This document shows positions 43,503-57,423 of a stretch of 64,000 nucleotides of DNA, piece by piece (the first letter of the stretch is position 1; each line of letters begins with the position of its first letter). The position numbers were made by a program, and so were the translations under genes. Source of the stretch: Octopus vulgaris (taxonomy: Eukaryota); assembly GCA_951406725.2 (NCBI GenBank), contig OX597818.1:5270001-5334000 (forward strand), given 5' to 3'. The notes under the pieces were generated by a model. The model saw nothing but the letters and a program-made list of their open reading frames with translations. It was not told the DNA's origin and ran no database searches.

Positions 43503-43512
<10 letters not shown>
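43313..43512. mobile_element. 200-bp element ending in a perfect 65-bp-arm hairpin made of a hammerhead and its mirror image
   Basis: Arms 43380-43444 and 43448-43512, loop AAG; within (TA)n. Confidence 0.9.
43400..43448 (-). ncRNA. Type I hammerhead ribozyme motif (complete)
   Basis: GCTTC-CTGAAGA-tTTC(tctt)GAAt-GAAA-CAG(ttctagtc)CTG-TA-GAAGC; GUA cleavage triplet. Confidence 0.8.
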
Positions 43513-43538
<26 letters not shown>

Positions 43539-44084
43539 CGAGGGTGTATGTGTATGGAAGAATTGCTACTACGAATGAAATGGAATAATGGTAAACCATT
43601 GCTTTTAATTCTATGGAAATACGTATATATACAAACTCTAATGTAGTACTAAACACAATTTGTCCTCTGATTTACATTTGAGTAATTCACATAGTGTATA
43701 TTCGAGACTAGAATAAATCAGATAGTTTAATTTATATTTTTATCATCAAAACATAAATTACATAATATTTACACATGTTTTATTAGATAATATTGCTATG
43801 TTGTACAGTAATCGTTGCGTACACAATTGCATAGTACACCAGATCTTTAGCAGAAAATAGTAATTCATTCCATTGTTATTCACCAAATTCACTTGGTTGT
43901 CAGTGCTAAATATGAACTACGAATACGCTTAAGAGAAGATTTTCACTCTCTCTCTCTCTCTCTCTCTATCCCCGCATACACGCAAACACACACATACATA
44001 TATTTATATATTATTCTACCAAGTTTATACAGAGTTCTTACTTCGCACGGTAGATCACAAGTTGTTAAATAAGAAGAGATAAAT

Positions 44085-46000
44085 TTACAGCTGGAATGAA
44101 AAGTGCAGACGCAGAATATGCTTAAGTATTAAACCCTGAAAATTACAGAACAAGCAGATTTAAGTCTCGAAAAATTCATGGCTAGAAGAAAAAAATTAAA
44201 TATTTTTGCTGAAGTTAGTATTTAAAAACTAAAATAGTAATAATGCCCATTTGTATTTCTTATTGTTACTTAACAGTTTAAATAAAAAAAAATGCACAAG
44301 AAGCTATTTATTTTCAAGTACAATCAAAAGACTTACAAATTTACGTATTAAAAAAAAACAAATTAAACAAATTCGATAACTGTAATTCTATTTTTTTTAA
44401 AGCTAGAGAGCCATTTCTACATTTTGCACTCAACTTTTTCATTAGCTTTCATATTCTTAAATATTTTTCTAACTGTGAATAAAAGATATTTTGTTATCTG
44501 ATGATGTAAAATTTAAAGAAATTAATTCTTTTGATTTTTTAAAACTATTTTTTACTCTCTTGAATTACATATAATCTACATAAGTTTAATTTTAGAACAA
44601 AATATTTGTGATTTAAAATATTTAGATAATGAGTTTTGTTAAGAAAATAAAATTAAAAAAAAATATAATGTTCTAGGTTAATACGAAAATATTTTTGAAT
44701 GTAAAATTTTAATTTAGATTTAAAAAATTGCAATTAAAAGCGAAAAATATACAAAATACAAAACAACGTATACACTATTAGATGATCAATTTCAGAAACT
44801 GATTTAGCAAGTTCTAACTACGGCAGCGATATTTGTCCTTTCTTTTGCAGGCTTATTACTGCTTGATTTGTCCTTTTGCAGGTTCAGTACCTAAAAATAT
44901 TTTAGAATTCTGCGCCCATGTTTTTCATTCTAGACCACTTTTTTCTCAGGCAATTCTTCTATTATTAAAACCATTTTTACACTTTTTATTTTTAGACTGG
45001 GTTTTCTCCAAAATAATTGTCTCAATAAACTCTTTCATTTGAGTTCAAATAATGTTATTTTTCTCTTAAAAAGACAGAAGTATCATGATTTCTTAAAATT
45101 ATCACCTTATCGTCACTTCACGCCACATAACTCTTTTGATAAAATGTTCCTTGTAAGATTCTTCTCAGAGAGTTTTTTCATGTAACTGGAATCTAGAACG
45201 CAGAATAGCCGTGAAAACAGCTCAAAAGACTGAGTAAAAATAGTGGTTAGCGAGCCGCTATGGAGAACGGAATCCCGTTTCTCTCAACCACTGATCAAGG
45301 ATTAACATTAGGATAAGCGAACTATAACAACGCATGGCGTCTTTTATAATGCTAAATATCTTAGAATAACAAATATATTTTAATTTTTTTTAAATGATTA
45401 TATTTTTCTGTCAGTTAAAGTCTCGCCAGGTTTTGGTAGCTAATATTTTTGACGAGTTTTACATGGCAAAGTGGCCGAGTTGCTAAAGCATTGGACATTT
45501 TTCCTTGCAGTGCTTCTATAGACCGTGATCTGGCAGGATCATTACCACGCCAGGAAAAATACTTAGCGTCATTTCGTCTGTCTGTGGTGGTCTTTACGTT
45601 TCATTTTAAGATCGATAAAATAAGTAAGATGTAATCGACTTACCCTCCTCCCAAATTGCTGGCCTTGTGCCAAAATTTGAAGCCAATTTTTTGATGAGAT
45701 TCATCGCATAGAACTCTTTCATTTGAAAACAGCTATTATATGGTTTTCTTTTACAATAGCTGAACTAAGATATTGGGGATTATCTACAATTTTTTCGTCA
45801 CTTAAAGCCGCCCTCAAGAGCACTATCTTTTAAATCCAATTAATGTATAATTTTCGTTTGAAATAACAGGTATTTTATATAATAACTAAAATAACTAAAA
45901 TATTTTGCTTCAAAATAGATAGTGGGATTTACTTATCACTTTTCCCACACTACTTCTTTCGTATCTAATACTTTTTTAACGGGGTTTTCACAAAAGTCTT
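44085..46000 (-). repeat. Old AT-rich interspersed repeat, copy 2 (interrupted by SINE B at ~45540-45685)
   Basis: Reverse-complement similarity to 22990-24730. Confidence 0.7.
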
Positions 46001-46559
46001 CCATTCTCTGGAAGATCTAAGGTCGGAATGTGTCTTTACACGGAGTTACTGGAAACTTAGTGCACAAACCTACGAGGACTTTAAACATCATTTTAACATC
46101 ATTAAGTGACTTTTCCTGAGAAAATATGACTTGTATCGAATGTCCTCGTCCTCACAATCCACTTCAACACCTGAAGTTTTCTAACGACGGCCCTCGATGC
46201 ATTGCGAGATTATTATCAATGTTTTAAAACCTTTCAAAAACATTTCGTGTCTTTATAATGACCAAATGATTCAAAAGCATTTTTCATTTTGATATACTAA
46301 AAACATTCTTGCCATTGGTTTCGAAATCCAACCGAAGTTTCCAAAACTTCTTGTTACATTTAGAAATTGCCAAATTTCTAAATGACTTTGTTTAGCACGT
46401 TTGGTATGTTTCATTACTGTGTTGGAATTTTATGGAGAATTTGAAAGAAATCCTTTTAATTGGTTTGATCATAATAGTAATATACTGAAAATTAATTGTC
46501 CTTATATATTCCTAATATTAGGCTGAAAACTAAACTTGAATTTCTTTTTTCTTGTACTG

Positions 46560-47970
46560 ATACTACGCTCCAGCCCAGACTTGCCCCTTCCCATCAACAT
46601 TCTATCGCCTTCCAGCAGACTTCACCGGGCCCGACCTAACTAGGTTAACCTTCCAAATATTTTGCCGTGTATTAAGACTCCCCAGGGACAGGAAGCGAGC
46701 GATTTCTCTTTGTATCCCCATTCTTCCTTCAGGTTAAGCAAATACTGAAGTTATTTTTCGAAACCCTAAGGTCTAATTTCTCATCACACCATAAATATTA
46801 CCTCATCTTCAACAAATCTCCTGTTAAGATCTCATATCATACAAACCCTAACTATTGATTTATAATCGAAGTTTCAAATAGTCGCAAACTCGGCCACCTT
46901 ATTATGGGCTTTATGCAGTACCAGTATGATGCCTACCCAGACCTTGTTGAAAACAACACTATATCCTCGCATAATCCTATCTACTTTTGCAATAGCAGCG
47001 TTAACATCATATATCTTGGTATTGGTCACAGTAACACTTGTCACCACGGTGGTGCTCCCCTACCAGCTCCATACTAGAAATGCTAACATCTCTACTCACA
47101 CCTTTGGAGCAACTGATCGTATGAATGAAAATAGGATACGGGTGAAAAATAAGCCAACCAGTAATGGGGGAAAACATGTAATTGTCGAGTCTCCTAACTG
47201 CATCCGTTGGATAGATTTTGTTTATCCTATAATGTGCTAAATAAATGTCAGCTTACGACTCCACATTAACACCAGGCAAGACTGATTTCAAGCAGGGCTA
47301 CCCGAATCACCTGTGCTCACTCTCTAATAAAATCTCTAAACTATCGACTTCCTTATTTAACTCTATACACCACCTCAAGTCCCAGAGCGTTCCTTACACC
47401 TTATACTGGTCCATAGTTTGTGAGGGTACTCCATAGAACGCTAACCATAGCGTTTCTAAGTTGTATTTTAGGAAATCGTTTGCAATTCTACGCCACAATA
47501 ATGTTTCGTTACTCAACTGGTTCTCTGATTTAATATTCTCTTGCCAACATTTGTTTAAGTGCTCATTTACTTTTGTGAAACCTTTACTCATTTAGATATC
47601 TAAATATGTATATCATTTCTCCTCGTATCGAATATTATTTTTTCTCATCATACTTTCCTCCTCCGCTAATCCCACCACCGATTTCTTGTCCCAATGCTTC
47701 TCTTCCTTTGACTCTTTGCCTGGATGGCTGGCATTCCTAACTACTTTATTGTCTGTTTATGATGAATTTGACCACTCGTGACATAGAATTTCAGCAGGCT
47801 GGCTCTTAACCGCACCTATTCTTCTTTCCCTGATTCTTTTCTCCGTTCTTCCCGTCGTAAATCGTGGCTGTTCTTCCTCTTATCCTGTCTCTTAACTACC
47901 TCTTCCTCCTACTCCTCCGATTTCGTTCTTCTTCCCTGCATCCTTCAACATTTCATATTTGGTAAACATC
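46560..47970 (-). mobile_element. Degenerate 5' part of an APE-type LINE (ORF1 and endonuclease)
   Basis: Decayed zinc-knuckle-like KCWQEN; APE-like NIYG and LGSLN remnants. Confidence 0.4.
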
Positions 47971-49512
47971 ACTAAATGACCAGCATGTTTGTATGCGTAC
48001 ACACACATGCGGGCGCGCGCAATACACACAGACATGCATGCACATACATATGAAGAATAGTTCATAAATAGTATATTTGAGCATGATTATATTGTCACCA
48101 TTTACTGCTCAGAAAATTCTGACTATTAATCTCCAATGTCTTCATCGTTGTTGGATAGTGCGGAGGTTAAGAGTAGGCTATAACTCGACGTCGAGCGTGC
48201 ATGGGAATACAATGACAGGCAATGACAATTCTTTAAAAGTTGAATAGATGCAAATATATAACTGGATTACATCTTGTGATTTGAATATGCAACTGTTCAT
48301 ATAAATAATTTAGGATTTTAATTATTTGTCTTTGTATTTCTTTGTCCATAATTTGTGTGTGTATGTGTGTGTGTGTTTGAGTCTATGTGTGCGTTGTGTG
48401 TTTAGTCCTTTCATATTCGCCAGTAAACTAGTTCTATTACTAGATTGTTCTTGTTTTGCAGGTAAACGCGTTAAATTATAAGCGTACACTTCGAATGTTT
48501 TTGGCAATAATGCACAATCTTTGTTTAGTTGTTTGTTGAAATCCGAGTAATTTTCTAATATCCACAGTTAAATATCACATCTACTTAAAACTTTTAATTC
48601 AGCTTCTTATGTTACGCTGTGTGTGTATGCTTACAGCTGCCGACAATCAGCCATAATCCAAATGGTAACAAAATCTAGACAGTTTTACATGTGACTATTT
48701 TCTCATAAATTCGTCACTCAGGCCCTTAGTTTTAATTTGTGAAGATATCTGTCTAAAGTTATTTATATAGCTAATGTTTCTAAATTATAATAACTTTCGT
48801 ATAATACCATGTCCAGTGGGCAACAGTAAAGCAAAATGTTCATGATAAAGAAAAAAAATTCATTTGATACATACTACAAATTTCAGAGAGACGCCGCTGC
48901 CATACCAGGACGCAATAAATAATTTGTTTAATGCTGAACTGGCTAGATCCGGCCTTTTATTACTCACACCAGACAAAGGAAACAACCACATCCTTGAAAT
49001 CTCAAAGGTGTGAGATAATGCATCAGTATTTCAAAACAATGCGAATAAGAATTATATAAGACAGAATATTCTGAATGATAAAATGCAAAATACAATTTTT
49101 TACTTTAGTAACAATAGACCATTTGTATTTTAAATTTTCTCTTAACTGAGAAATTTTAGGGCGCATACTGTAAACAAATTTAATTGTACATTATATGAGG
49201 TTTGGAAAATAAAAAAGAACTCGTATGTCAACTACTGCATCATTGTACATATATACTTATTCATATTATATCGTATTGGTTACCACCAAAACTTCAGGGA
49301 TACCATCGGGACGCCGCATATGTATGCATGTATTTGATGTGACCCAGACTACTCTGAAATATGCAACGCAGTTGGATGCACAACACTCTGTCATAGGAGG
49401 GGTCGAAACGATCATTGTACTGAATAAAGACTAATGCCAAACCCATCTTACGTTCCATTCAGCGGTTATTATATATAACCTATATATGAGTAGCTAAAGT
49501 TTCGTGTAGTGC

Positions 49513-49573
<61 letters not shown>

Positions 49574-49611
49574 TATATATGTGTGTTTGTGTATGAGTGT
49601 ATGAGTGTATT

Positions 49612-50387
49612 GTTCTGCCAATTATATTTTGCTATGAAGGTCACATGCTGACATTTACGCATGTAAATATGTAAATGGTAACAATGAAACCTAGTATGTG
49701 ACATCATATTTTGTATCTTTTCTTTTCTCTTGTTCGCTTTCTGGCTTTTGCTGAATTTTCCCGAGAAAAATCTTTTCTTAGTGGTCAGACCATATGGAGT
49801 CTACATCTACCATATTGGATGTCCACTTGTGGTCAACCAACTTATATATATTTAATATATATGTAATACTTATATATATGTAATATACTTTTTCTGAATC
49901 TTTAGATTTTTTCGAAATGCTAGGCCACTGGTTTAAATTGATATTAATCAAATTAATATGCAATTTTTTTACCCTTATTATTTAAATTTAAATAACCACG
50001 CTCTCTAACCGGGAGGATTCAATGCAGAAAATTATTTTCTGCAGAATTCCGGTTTTTGGTGCGCTAAAATGAAGACATTTGAAATTAACACCCAAATATA
50101 ATTGGCAAAACTATATGCATGTTCTATCTCTCGTGGACGTCTCGTGTATATTTCTGCAAATTATATTTTGCTATCACGTTGCGGAGAATTACGTATGTAA
50201 ATATGTAAATGGTAACAATGAAATCTGGTATGTGACTAATCATTATAGTTTGTATCTTTTCTTTTGTCTTGCTCACTTACGTTCTGGCGTTTTGCTGAAT
50301 TTTCTTGAGAACAATCTTTTCTTAGAGATCAGACCACAAGGGGCCTACATCTAGCATATTGGATGTTCACTTCGTGGTTATCCCGCA
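49612..50387 (+). repeat. Two direct ~235-bp copies of a repeat also found at 17235-17413
   Basis: 49612-49843 and 50151-50387 share aatggtaacaatgaaa...tcagacc...tggatgt.cact. Confidence 0.8.
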
Positions 50388-50402
50388 TATATATATATAT
50401 AA

Positions 50403-50566
50403 ACGACGGGCTTCTTTCAGTTCCCGTCTAATAAATCCACTCACAAGGTTTTCGTTGGCCCGAGGCCATAGTAGAAGTCACTTGCCCAAGTTGCCACGCA
50501 GTAGGACTGAATCCGGAACCATGAGTTTGGTAAGCAAGCTACTTACCAAAGAACCACTCCTGCGCC
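50403..50566 (-). mobile_element. SINE family A, 5' half
   Basis: Ends in ccactcctgcgcc. Confidence 0.85.
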
Positions 50567-51272
50567 TATATATATATATATGTGTGTGTGTGTATGTGTG
50601 TGTGTGTGTGTGTGTGCGTGTGCGCGTATGTGTGTGTGTATGTATATGTATATGTATATATTATACACACACGCACACACATATATATATAAAAGTAATA
50701 AAAGAAAGGAAGGAGTTTCGATTATCCCCAGTTGGTGAGTTGTAAAATATATAAGAAATTGAAGAAAGAAAACACTCACTTTACATTTTTAATACATTTA
50801 AAATATATTTTGTGTTTGTTTATATCGTGTTTGTCGACCGGTTTCAATAATCACGGCATTAAAATTTTTTGTCCATGTTGTGAGTAGTGTTTATGAATGA
50901 AATGATTCAACTAGTAGAAAAATCTAAGGGGAGGTAATTGGTAGTCGTTATTAATGTGAACAAGGGAGACAATTGTTCATTTTTCAGTGGGGGCAGAATA
51001 TATACAAAAATTCAAATACTAGAGTAGTGGGGAGAAATATATCCAGTGATAGGTATGTAATCATGAATTAAAATATGTATACGGATCACAGTTTGTTATG
51101 CGTGCATCTTTAGATGTGTCCTGTATTTTTCGATGAATACATTTTCCTTATTTATACGTTCTTGTATAGAAATTGTATCTTTGTACTGGTAGAAGGGGAA
51201 ACCTGAAATTTGGTTTGATGTGTTCACTTAAACGAATCTGTATACATTACGGGAAAAGGATCTTCTCTTTAT

Positions 51273-51324
<52 letters not shown>

Positions 51325-51339
51325 GTGTGTGTGTGTGTG

Positions 51340-51540
51340 TGTGTTTGTCCCCCTAGCATTGCTTGACAATCGATGCTGGTGTGTTTACGTCCCCGTCACT
51401 TAGCGGTTCGGCAAAAGAGACGATAGAATAAGTACTGGGCTTACAAAGAATAAGTTCCGCGGTCGATTTGCTCGACTAAATGCGGTGCTCCAGCATGGCC
51501 GCAGTCAAATGACTGAAACAAATAAAAGAGTAAAAGAGAG
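51340..51540 (+). mobile_element. SINE family A, 3' half
   Basis: ttagcggttcggcaaaagag...gcggtgctccagcatggccgcagtc. Confidence 0.85.
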
Positions 51541-51574
<34 letters not shown>

Positions 51575-51775
51575 ACAAAATTAGAGAATGGAGAAACATA
51601 CTTAAATCAGTAAAACATCAACTATCCGATGATACTCAATCCATACTTTAATACACCATTACATATGAGTAAAGGCAATATATAAAATGAAATGAGATAT
51701 ACAGTAATAGTAAAAGTAAAAAGATAAAGAGATATAAGTAAAAAATTTCAAATATAATATGCAAATAAATCAAAA

Positions 51776-51883
51776 CTGACAGCTGTTTCGGCAGTGAGGA
51801 CAGTCATACCTCATTTAACCTATAAGCCATAAAGGCAGGTATAAATGAGGCATTAACAAGGATGCCCCACGGCCTCTTCAGAG
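51776..51883 (-). ncRNA. Type I hammerhead motif with long stem II
   Basis: CT-CTGAAGA-GGC...(~80 nt hairpin)...GCC-GAAAC-AGCT-GTC-AG; palindromic ACAGCTGT. Confidence 0.75.
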
Positions 51884-52224
51884 AATTAAATTAAATTTGT
51901 TATAATAGTGAAAAATATTATATAATCATATACATATAAATATAAAAATATAAAAATGTAAAATATAAAAACTTATACATCATAATGCTACACTTATATA
52001 ATATAATACACATTTGTACAAAAAGGAAGGTAAACAGAACAAAATAAAACAAAATATATAACAGTGTATATATTAATATTAATAAGTACCGATATTATAC
52101 ATATTTGGCTAATAGTTTTTTTTATAAAAAAAAAGGGCTAACACATATGGAGATGAAAAATAATAATTAAATCCGTGGTACAGTTCATAAAATTCTAAAG
52201 CTATAAAAGTTAATAAAAATTACT

Positions 52225-52271
<47 letters not shown>

Positions 52272-52344
52272 TAATAATAATAAAAAATACTAAAAATAGA
52301 TACAGTTAAGTTAGCACCAAGTCCATCCTTTCAAGATCGAAATA

Positions 52345-52388
<44 letters not shown>

Positions 52389-52652
52389 GGTTTAAATATC
52401 TTAAAGCCAAAAAATTGCAAGTAATAGAAAAGGATACAGGCACATGTGTGGTTTCCTTTTCATTCACATGGTTCCGGGTTTGTGCCTTCTATAATAGATC
52501 CGGGACGACCAAAGCCTTGTGAGTAGATTTGGTGCTAGAAGCCCATCGTATATATATACATATTAGTTTATTAATCTTATGGTATAGACCTGATAGTTTG
52601 CCGGTAAAGCATTTTCACTCGCTCAGTGTTCGTTGCGTATGTGATTTGTTTT

Positions 52653-52701
<49 letters not shown>

Positions 52702-52732
52702 GGAAGGTGGAGGCTAAGAGAATCTTCAATGA

Positions 52733-52768
52733 TCGCTACAATTGTTTCGACCCGGCTATCATCAGATT
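52733..52768 (-). ncRNA. Hammerhead-like motif, same family as 12055
   Basis: CTGATGA-tagccgggtc-GAAAC-AATT-GTA; stem I does not pair. Confidence 0.5.
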
Positions 52769-54164
52769 TCAAAAATCCTATCAAGATGCATGCATACTCC
52801 TAAATGCACTTTCACACAATACAGTGGATATGAATTAGAGTAAATTAAAAAGCACACTTTAACTAATTGTATGGATGAAAAACCGCAATCTTCTCTCTTT
52901 TATTAATACACTACCACGCTAGTTACCAACATCACTGCGATATCTCTTGGTCTTTGTATACTGCTTAAAGTGAGATAAATACCAACTTGTGCCTCTCAAT
53001 ACTTTTCGTTCACCATGGGAGGAAAACGCAAAAGATCTGCAACTAGCAACACTGAAAATTCCAACTGCGGCATTGATAATTTGCTGATTCATTAGCCGTA
53101 TATTAAAAAAATACATCAACTATGTCAGTATCTATGTTCGGATTTATGACTTTACATGTACTAGAAGTACACCAACCTCACCCAATGGATCCCACCACAG
53201 AATCTGCGACTCTTCAACACGTGGTGTCGTAAGACAAGTCGGTAATAGCCAAAGACTGTATTAACAACTACATAATTCGGTGCTCGAATATGTGCGTCAG
53301 ATATAATAATATCTATACACGAATATATGTATGTATATACATGTATACATGCATATGCATACACACATATATATGCATACATACAACCCCTTCTCTCACA
53401 TACATATAATTTAGAACAGTGAGCAATTATGGGAGAAGTCGTATCATTTCTCTGTAATAAAATTACAATCATGTAGTACCCATCAGAACCTTCAGTTCAT
53501 AGATAAAAGAGTGCTCATTCATACTATTAATAGTGTTCTTCTCAGAAAGCTTGAATTAGGTTCTCAGGAATATTCGCATACGTCGATAATCTGCTCATCT
53601 GTAAATATCGACGACGGAGAATTTAAATGTCGTTATACTCTTATCCTAAAAAATCTGCCGTGAGGTTTATTGAAATAAGTGATGAAGTCCTAATGACAAG
53701 AACAAACGTACAAATACATTCTTTCGGACACTGGATATTCATAACTCTACATTAAGGCAAATCTTGAAATGTTTCATTGCACATGATACCGCAAAAACTC
53801 ATATCAGAATATGGGAAATTGTCGAGGCAATTCTAGATTATGAAATGTAAACTCATCCATTTCTTATAACATAAACGGAAATATTACCGAAAATTTTTCT
53901 TCCATTATACACACATGCTGTTTGTTTTTGTATCCTACCATCAAATATTTTCACTAACGATTCCTTAATTTTTCTATCACTGATAATTCCCTATTGGGAT
54001 CTAGGTATATAGGTGGGATCTAAGTATATAGGGCTATTAAAGTCGACCTCGGCGGAATTTGATCTCAGAAGGTAATACGGCTAAGCATTTCGCCCAGTGT
54101 GCTAACGATTCTGCCAGCTCACCGTCCTATAATTTATGGTATACTTAAAAAAAAAGTAAGCATA

Positions 54165-54326
54165 GGCCCAGGAGTGGCTGTGTGGTAATTAACTTGCTTA
54201 CCAACCACATAGTTCCGGTTTCGGTCCCACTACGTGGCATCTTGGGCAAGTGTCTTCTACTATAGCCTCGGGCCAACCAAAGCCATGTGAGTGGATTTGG
54301 TAGACGGAAACTGAAAGAGGCCCGTC

Positions 54327-54330
<4 letters not shown>
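54165..54330 (+). mobile_element. SINE family A, 5' half (head-to-head with a SINE B fragment at 54040-54125, minus)
   Basis: Matches the head at 10672. Confidence 0.85.
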
Positions 54331-54379
<49 letters not shown>

Positions 54380-54384
<5 letters not shown>

Positions 54385-54579
54385 AGAGGTTACGAAAAAA
54401 AACAAAAGACGAAGATAAGTGGTGTACAAAACAAACAGATGTATTAGTATAACGCTCAGGATTAGAAAAAGTCTTTTAATTTTCGAGCCTACGCTCTTCT
54501 AAAGAAAGGGACACAGAAAACAAGGAGAGAAACAAGGAAAGAAAAAAATGCGTGTAGTGGCTAACGATGTATGATGGCG

Positions 54580-54580
<1 letters not shown>
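54380..54580 (-). repeat. Penelope-type repeat with a decayed HHR, same family as 11113-11275
   Basis: tttcgagcctacgctcttc is the reverse complement of gaagagcgtaggctcgaaa. Confidence 0.75.
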
Positions 54581-54610
<30 letters not shown>

Positions 54611-54654
54611 GATTTATTCCCTAATATTTATTATATATATATATATATATATAT

Positions 54655-54716
<62 letters not shown>

Positions 54717-54727
54717 AACATACATAC

Positions 54728-55281
54728 ATGGTGGCTGCCCCCTCGTTATCGAGTATGGCCATTGTACGAAGCTTAACCAATGTTGCTATCGTGCAACGCC
54801 TGTACAAGAAGATTTTTTTAAAGTGAGGAAAGGCTGTGCACTGAGTCAATCCCACTCACTAAGCAACAGCAGCCATAATCCGAAAAGAGGAACAAGTCAA
54901 CATCATCGGTAACCACTGAGCCGCAGGTTTTATGTCGGAGTCATCCCAGTTACCTGAGTTACCTTCTCCTAGAAGGATGCCCTAAGAAAGCCTAGGTGTC
55001 CTTCACTCTCAATGGTTTAACAACGCGATCGGGTATTCAGTCCAATTATTTCTATGTCCCCGCGCATGATACATCCTTAAAACATTTATTGGATGGCTGT
55101 TGACTCTCAAGAGTTCATCCGCTCTTTGACGGTATTTGTTTTTCATCCCGCAGGGTGTCCAATAAACACTCTCCTCACCAAGCAAGCTTGGTGGGGTTGC
55201 CGGTTTAGTCGCCGATGACCCGACCATGCAACAGGTTGTACTGGGTTACATGCTACCAGTAGCACTCGAAAGTGACCTGAC
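54728..55281 (-). mobile_element. Non-coding retroelement resembling an RTE UTR-derived SINE, within (CATA)n
   Basis: Higher-GC ~550-bp unit between CATA runs; tctaggagaagg..aactc resembles RTE 5' UTR motifs. Confidence 0.45.
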
Positions 55282-55307
55282 ATAACATACATACATACAT
55301 ACATACA

Positions 55308-55343
<36 letters not shown>

Positions 55344-55346
55344 TAT

Positions 55347-55567
<221 letters not shown>

Positions 55568-55691
55568 TTTACAAGATAAGGGCAGAAGAAAAATTCTAAT
55601 GCCAGATACGCCGAAACAAAAAAATTGTCGATAACCATTAAATTTATGCGTCTCGAAACAAACCGATAGAAATCTCGAAAAAATTTGTTAT

Positions 55692-55750
55692 TACCGTATT
55701 GGTCCAATTTCGGGGTTAATTCACAAGAAATTTTCACCTCCTCAGCGGCA
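55692..55750 (-). ncRNA. Type I hammerhead motif (left arm)
   Basis: TGCCG-CTGAGGA-GGTG...CCCC-GAAA-TTGG-A-CCAA-TA-CGGTA. Confidence 0.75.
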
Positions 55751-55921
55751 CATACGCAAGATATAAATGAAATACTTATTCATACCCATGGAAGAAGCAA
55801 GCACCAAGTCCTTGATAGATTTTTCTATTTGGATATATTTGGGGTACTTAAGTCTGCTCGGGACTTGGTGCTTGCTTCTTCCATGGTTATGAATAAGTAT
55901 TTCATTTATATCTCGCGTATG

Positions 55922-55978
55922 TGCCGCTGAGGAGGGAAAATTTCTGTGAATTAACCCCGAAATTGGACCAATACGGTA
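55922..55978 (+). ncRNA. Type I hammerhead motif (right arm, complete)
   Basis: TGCCG-CTGAGGA-GGG...CCC-GAAA-TTGG-A-CCAA-TA-CGGTA; AUA triplet, predicted cut after 55973. Confidence 0.82.
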
Positions 55979-56187
55979 ATAACGAATTTTTAGAGATTTC
56001 TATCGGTTTGTTTCGAGACGCATAAATTTAATTGTTATCAACAAATTTTTTTGCTTCGGCCTATCTGGCATTAGAATTTTTCTTCTGCCCTTATCTTGTA
56101 AATTATGTATAAATTTTACCTTTAAAGGCATTTTTTGATATGCTGGCCATTGATAAAAATTTTTTTCCGAAAAAGATTTTATCCTAT

Positions 56188-56231
<44 letters not shown>

Positions 56232-56249
56232 TATATATGTGTGTGTGTT

Positions 56250-56455
56250 TGTGTCTGTGTTTGTACCCACACCATTGCTTGACAAACGATGTTGGTGTGT
56301 TTATGTTCCCGTAACTTAGCAGTTCGACAAAGAGCCCGATAGAATAAGTACTAGGCTTACGAAGAATAAATTTTGGGGTCGCTTTGTTCGACTAAACGTG
56401 GTGCAGCAGCATGGTCGCAGTCAAATGGTGAAACAAATAAAAGAATAAAAGAATA
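56250..56455 (+). mobile_element. SINE family A, 3' half
   Basis: cccgtaacttagc...gatagaataagtactaggc. Confidence 0.8.
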
Positions 56456-56625
56456 TAGTCACGCACGTGCACTCGCATAAGTATATATAAGACCTACTCG
56501 AAGTTTAGATGAGAATAACCATTTGGTTCATCAGTGATCTACTGCTATCTGATGAGGAAGAAGTTTATTTTCATTTATGAAAGGTCTGATAATACGAACA
56601 AGCAATAGTATACAGATATATAGAT

Positions 56626-56662
<37 letters not shown>

Positions 56663-56977
56663 TATGTACGGTTCTTAATATATACGATTTAAGCTGGACA
56701 GAAATACGTGTTCATGTAAAAAAAATGTTACACATCGAAGTATTTTTGTTATTGCAATTTCCTTCTAAAGGAGAATTAGAAGCTGAGCCAGTTTCATTTC
56801 ACACATTTAAAAATTTATGTAAAAGTTCTCTTTCAAGTTCTAAACGTTTGTGGATAGTGGACTGCTCTAAGTATGTGTATACAGACAATATTATAATAGG
56901 CAATGTGTATTTCTGTCTTTATATACATATACAAATATATGTGTGTATATACATCCATATATAAGCATATATATGAT

Positions 56978-57423
56978 GGACTCTCCCATCAAGAACGACG
57001 TGTGAGTGTTCAGCTTTTGCCGAAATATCTTCACAAATAACTTATTTATAGTGATTAAATCGACGTTGTCTGAACAACGAAGTTATCGCAGAGCAACACC
57101 CTAAACACTAGGCCATGTGTCACACACACGCAAACACTCACACATATACACATACACAAACACACACACGCATAAATATAGGTATATATGTGAAGACTCC
57201 TGGCTCAGTAGTTAAGGTGTTGCACTTCATTTCACGTTGCTCTGCGATTATTTCGCCATCTGACATGTGGCAATCGTTGCACCTGTACAGAAAATATCGA
57301 TTTGCTGGAGGGAGTGAACTTATGTGTATACAAACATTTGATTACTATAAACAAATCATCTGTGTGGTTGTTCGGTAAGGAATTGTAGAACGTTCATACG
57401 TCGTCTAACGACGAGAGAGTTCC
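56978..57423. mobile_element. Head-to-head pair of a third tRNA-like SINE (56978-57115 minus; 57195-57423 plus)
   Basis: Heads tggcctagtgtttagggtgttgc and tggctcagtagttaaggtgttgc; shared tail acgtcgt...gagagt(t)cc. Confidence 0.6.

Noticed and set aside
50060-50106. Faint similarity to the 55922 hammerhead
   Set aside because: The core is destroyed and the similarity is too weak to call.
56546-56592. CTGATGA...GAAAGGTCT hammerhead-like spacing
   Set aside because: Stem II is poor and there is no valid NUH site.
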